In this document: positions 59,517 to 64,000 of the stretch, piece after piece
Position numbering within the stretch: the stretch's first letter is position 1
Layout of the letters: every line of letters begins with the position of its first letter
Assembly (NCBI GenBank): GCA_002633005.1
Contig: NMRA01000250.1
Location: forward strand, 470,907-534,906
DNA: 64,000 nucleotides
From: Phoronis australis
Taxonomy: Eukaryota > Animalia > Phoronida
Reading direction: 5' to 3'
Made by a program: the position numbers and the translations under genes
Notes under the pieces: model-generated
The model's database searches: none
Seen by the model: the letters and a program-made list of their open reading frames with translations, nothing else
What the model was told of the DNA's origin: nothing

Positions 59517-59893
59517 ATTAGGTATTTCAAATCGAGAAGTGACCTTACTGAGCATTGTACGAAATTTTTGTTTTGAAAACAGGCTTGTTATCGTACATGT
59601 AAAACTGAGTCATCGTCGTGTATACGAAATTCCCTTCTGCTGGGTTTATCTGCCCAAGGGCGCTACAGAAAAAATTGCCGAGGTTTGCGAAATATGATCA
59701 AAAGTTCCATCGCTTTAGAAATTCGAACCACCCTTCGCGCAACGCTGGCTACGTACCTGTATTAAAATTCTCAAAGACAAAAAAATCCATTTTTCTGATA
59801 TCTAATTGTGACCCTGGCACCTAGACGTCCGATTTGCCGTGTTAAATGCACTCGTAATTCGTTGAAACATTTGTGCGAAAGTTTCGAACTTAC

Positions 59894-60023
59894 CATAGAT
59901 CTCTAGTGATTGCCATTGACGTTGAAATATGGTCTGCAGTATACATGTAGTTATGACGGCAATGAAAGAAATCAGCAGGACGAAAAAGCGGACTCTGCAC
60001 TTTGAAATTCTGTTGTGCAGCAT
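59894..60023 (-). CDS. Probable first coding exon of the fucosyltransferase (cytoplasmic tail and type II signal anchor)
   Basis: MLHNRISKCRVRFFVLLISFIAVITTCILQTIFQRQWQSLEIY then G|gtaagt; phase 1 matches the acceptor at 55230, giving ~380 aa. Intervening small exons are not excluded. Confidence 0.7.
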
Positions 60024-62459
60024 ACAGCTGCGGTTAATATAAACCACGGAGAATGGGCTCCCGCACATTATGGAGCCTTTTATTCACATTTATGATCGAC
60101 ATATGTCCCGGATAAAGATAAATGATACGTGCGTCGCAAGCTCGTTACCAGAGATGAAAGGAGACTGATGTAGGCGATATAAGGTCATTTATTATGACTA
60201 GTACAATTACAATAAAATGAATACAGGTAAATAAGTATAATAGGTAATGTCTGGTAAGATGGGCAATAAAAAGCGCCACAGAGATGTTGTAAGACAGCGA
60301 CACGTGACAATCATCAGCCTATAAGAGCCAAGAGCTGACCAAACTCGAGGCACGTGATAACAACAGACCAATGCGAAGGCTGGAAAAACGTCGTGTAGTC
60401 CTGCACAAGGGAATAATGGAATAGACCAAGATGAGGGGGAAAAGGAGTAAGGCGAGTCCATATGCTCACATAAATATATTTAACGAGTGAAATACCATTT
60501 TTCAACCAACCATCACGGTAGCTCGATCAAGCAAGTTAAGACCCGATCACATCATTGTTATCCTTTATTGACTATAACTATTACCAAACAAACTAAAAAC
60601 AAAAGACTACCTGTGAACAGACTGTATATCAATATTACATAAGACCAGCCTTTGTAAACAGTAGCTGCGTAACCTAGGGAAAAATCGATTGTCTTAGTTC
60701 TGACCTTGGCGACATCATCGTAACGCCTGTTGTGGCGTACATTCTGAAAATCGACTCATACAGATGAGACAATGAATGCTGTTAATTAACATCGACACAC
60801 GTTGTTTCCTGGAGACAATAATTCATGTGACCAGTGCGACATTATGTGCCGGGCACCAGAACATATTCTGATCCCCATTATCTCGAAAGGTACTCTTGCT
60901 TACCACCGGGTTTTGACATAGGCCCTACTGGCTGATACAGAGTCAGTGGGAAGTCCAGCAATTTGGAAAAAGTCCATTCTATGCATATAAACCACTTAAA
61001 TAATGTAGTGATAGCAAGTCCAGCAGGGGCTAAGAGTCCGGGAGATGGTTGGAGAGGCTGTGGTGCGTGGTGGTTGGTGGTGGCGGCGGAGGCAAATAGT
61101 TTTAGTGTGGAACCAGAGAAGCAGAGACTGTGCCTCTCTGCCCCTCTTCCAACTGTGTTATTGAGGTCCCGATGTCTGCGCAATAACCGTTTGCAGCCAA
61201 CTCTTTTACTATACATTCCATGAGACACGGTAACGGCAAGAGATGACGAGTTGCAGACAAATGGGACTATAGCTGTGGCCCCTAATGTTAACTGTTTTTT
61301 TTGAAGTTCTATATCTTATGATTTCGTTAGCTTATTTTCATGAAATTCTGCAAAAAGTTATGTTTCGCAGAGATGGTGCCACCTTCAAAATTCAGTTGGG
61401 TTTGACGCAACATGTGGCATCTATTATGGACATTCTTATAATTAAATACTCAATGAAGCACACGCTTTGCAATGCTATCGTCGGCGAATTGATCAGCGCA
61501 CTGTGTTGACATCACTGTTTATATCTACTAAGGCCTAACCCTTTGCAAAGTCACAGGTGTGTAGTCCTATTTTAAACTCGACAACAATTGGGCCACTGCT
61601 GTGCCTCCGAATGGAATTTTCGTTTTTTTTTCTCAAAAAGTTACGCCTGCGTCTATCTTTAGATTTCCTTTGCGGATTTTCATTTTCACGGCATACTTTT
61701 CGTTGTTAGAAAAGGCGGAGAGTTACGCAAGAAAATGACGACGTTTATTGCATTGTTTTTCACTTAAACGGCTGTAGGCCAAACTGGCAAGGTGATAGTC
61801 GGCCGAGGCGTCATGTAGCCGCCGGGATTTTGCATGCACCCCGTCCTGTCCTTCACGGCGAGGTGACGAGCACAACTACCCTGGATGTGTGCAATTTCGA
61901 GTTCTACGGAAGAAATACACAAAGTGGTACCTACGCTGTATTTTGACGACAGTCTTCATACAGCTAGCTGGCTGGCTATGCCCGCCGGAGCTAAGCCGCA
62001 ATATCGAGGCCCTACATCGCCCTGGATGCCGCACTGCAGGCCAGGGGCGATAGTACATCCTCATAAAAATTTACGCATTTCAAAATAGGCCTACAGCAAA
62101 TGAAACATAAATCCACATGAAGTTATATTAGCACATACCATGACTCTGAATACAATATTAGCGAAGATCTCAGTGTCGGCGATTCGCTTGAGTTTCTCTC
62201 ACCGCGGTGCCATAGTTTTGAGGAAGTTACGATAAATCCCGCCTGTTAACGAACAAAATGTCCAGGGGACACAAAACTCACAAATCCCAACTGATCTCTT
62301 CCCATGCTATTTTAGACCGGGATCCCAGAGTTTTTTGGGCATGAAAAGGTAACCAATTTTCTTTGGTGCCACAGTGCTCTGTGGGTATCCTGATGCTTGA
62401 AAATGGCCGTCTGGCAGGTTCGCTCTGGTGGGTGTGGTCAGGGAAGCCAAGAGAACGAC

Positions 62460-63040
62460 ACTAAAAAATTGAGTTAGATCAACTTTTCTGGTAACCACTT
62501 CAAACTGCCTTGGATACCTACTACGTAATCCACTGTAACAAAATTGGTCATTGCCAGACAATTTCAGTGGTGGGGAGTATCAGCCAGACGGTTATAAAAA
62601 GGTGCAAAAATTGAGCTAGACCAATCCAAGAGGTAACCGCGTGAAACCAGTTTCAAAATATTCACCGTGAGCCCAGGTATCACGAATGAACACTGCCAGA
62701 CAAATCTAGTGGTGGGTTAGCCCCACCAGACACGCTCAAATACCCGAGTTGAGCTAGATCAACTCACGAGATAACCGTTTGAAACCAAATGCACGATGCT
62801 CAGCATCACTGTACATCGTATAACAGTAAGATGCCAGACGACTAAAGAAGGATTGAAATATGAGGTAAATCAACCCAAGAGGTAACTGCATGAAACCAGT
62901 TGCAAAATATTCTACGTAAGCCCATGTATCATGAATAAACACTTCGAGACAAGTCTAGTACTGGATTGGCTCCGCTACACACGATCAAATATCTGAGTTC
63001 GACCAGATTTACCCGCCAGGTAACCGTTTGAAACCATTTG
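62460..63040. repeat. Diverged ~110-140-bp repeats forming a ~250-bp dimer, probably internal repeats of a transposon
   Basis: Motif TGAGCTAGATCAAC..GGTAACCG..TGAAACCA at about 62470, 62612, 62750, 62861 and 62995. Confidence 0.7.
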
Positions 63041-64000
63041 CATAATTTCGAGCAACATTCTGCATGCAACAAAAGCTATTTTACATACATTTTTTAGCGG
63101 TAGGGAATTAGTATGCAGAAGTTTGGTCGATGCAGGGGCGACTTTATATCTCTCTACTCAAATGCATATATCCTATTCAGGCCCGTAGCCAGCATTGAGC
63201 GGGGGGTGGTTCGAATTTCAAGAACGGTGGACCTTTATTATTTTGCAAACGTCGACACCGTAGAAATTTCCGTAAGACTTTTGACTCAGCTTAATTAGGG
63301 GAAGAGAACATTCTCACATTATCTCCTGACAAAGTTTCAAATCAGTCATGCTTAAATGAATGATTACCCCTCATTGCATACTCAAACGGAAATATGAAGT
63401 TTAGCCGGTGAATGACGTAACAAAAGTGTTTATCTGGTTGTATTACTTAAGTTGCTTACATTCGCTGGAAATGGGAACATCTCACTATTTCGAAGGTTTA
63501 CTACTCGGAAGGTTCACTATTCCGAAGGTTCACTAGTTCGACGATTCACCAATCCGAAGATTCGGCACCGCTCCGAAAATATCTCAACTTTCAAACTCAG
63601 ATGTGATTTTGAAACTTTTACATTAAAAATGAACGGTTATTAGATGCACCACCGAAAACAACACCCGGCACTAAAACACTTGGTTTTGATTCCATGTGGA
63701 CAGTGACCAGCGTCTCCAGCTGGCCAGCACAAGCAGAAACCTAGTCAGATTTCATGCGCATGCGAAATTGCCCGCATGTCTTAAAATGTGTACGCACTTG
63801 CATTTTAAAATGATACGAAGTAGGAATACTGATGGATTATCAACCATGACACAATTCATCAAGTCCATGTCAAGATCGAATCGCAACGCGACGCATACGG
63901 CCAGGTCAGTCGAAACTAAATGAAGTTAGTAGGCCACCCTGTCCCTGCCACTTCTTACGAAATCATGAAGTCCCATTTAGTCTTCTTACATGTGAATTTG

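Overview
Eukaryotic, AT-rich, intron-containing animal DNA; the repeat and gene content fit a marine invertebrate, probably a mollusc (inference). From left to right: (1) the 5' half of an apparently intact Ty1/copia LTR retrotransposon on the minus strand, running off the window start. (2) An 8-coding-exon plus-strand gene for a ~403-aa CUB-LDLa-TM receptor with two PPxY motifs. (3) A convergent 11-coding-exon WDR45/WIPI4 gene (~342 aa, minus). (4) An SGNH-hydrolase-like ORF split by a CCTATAGG-repeat insertion. (5) A GT10 alpha-1,3-fucosyltransferase (minus, probably two coding exons). Introns are crowded with non-autonomous elements (pogo-like TA MITEs, TTAA Kolobok-like MITEs, Helentron-like elements, tRNA-derived SINE relics) and minisatellites. 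Three of the five single-N joins are flanked by near-identical duplications that look like both haplotypes placed side by side, which exposes empty versus filled insertion sites. Best leads: Helentron-like elements carrying phased, co-oriented CTCF-consensus arrays next to a ZNF143/Staf-motif array; a 55-bp minisatellite that multiplies a WDR45 splice acceptor into five stop-producing decoys; and a polymorphic ~800-bp element with a CRE-preceded tRNA-like cassette. All coordinates and gene models were read by eye; no database search was run.
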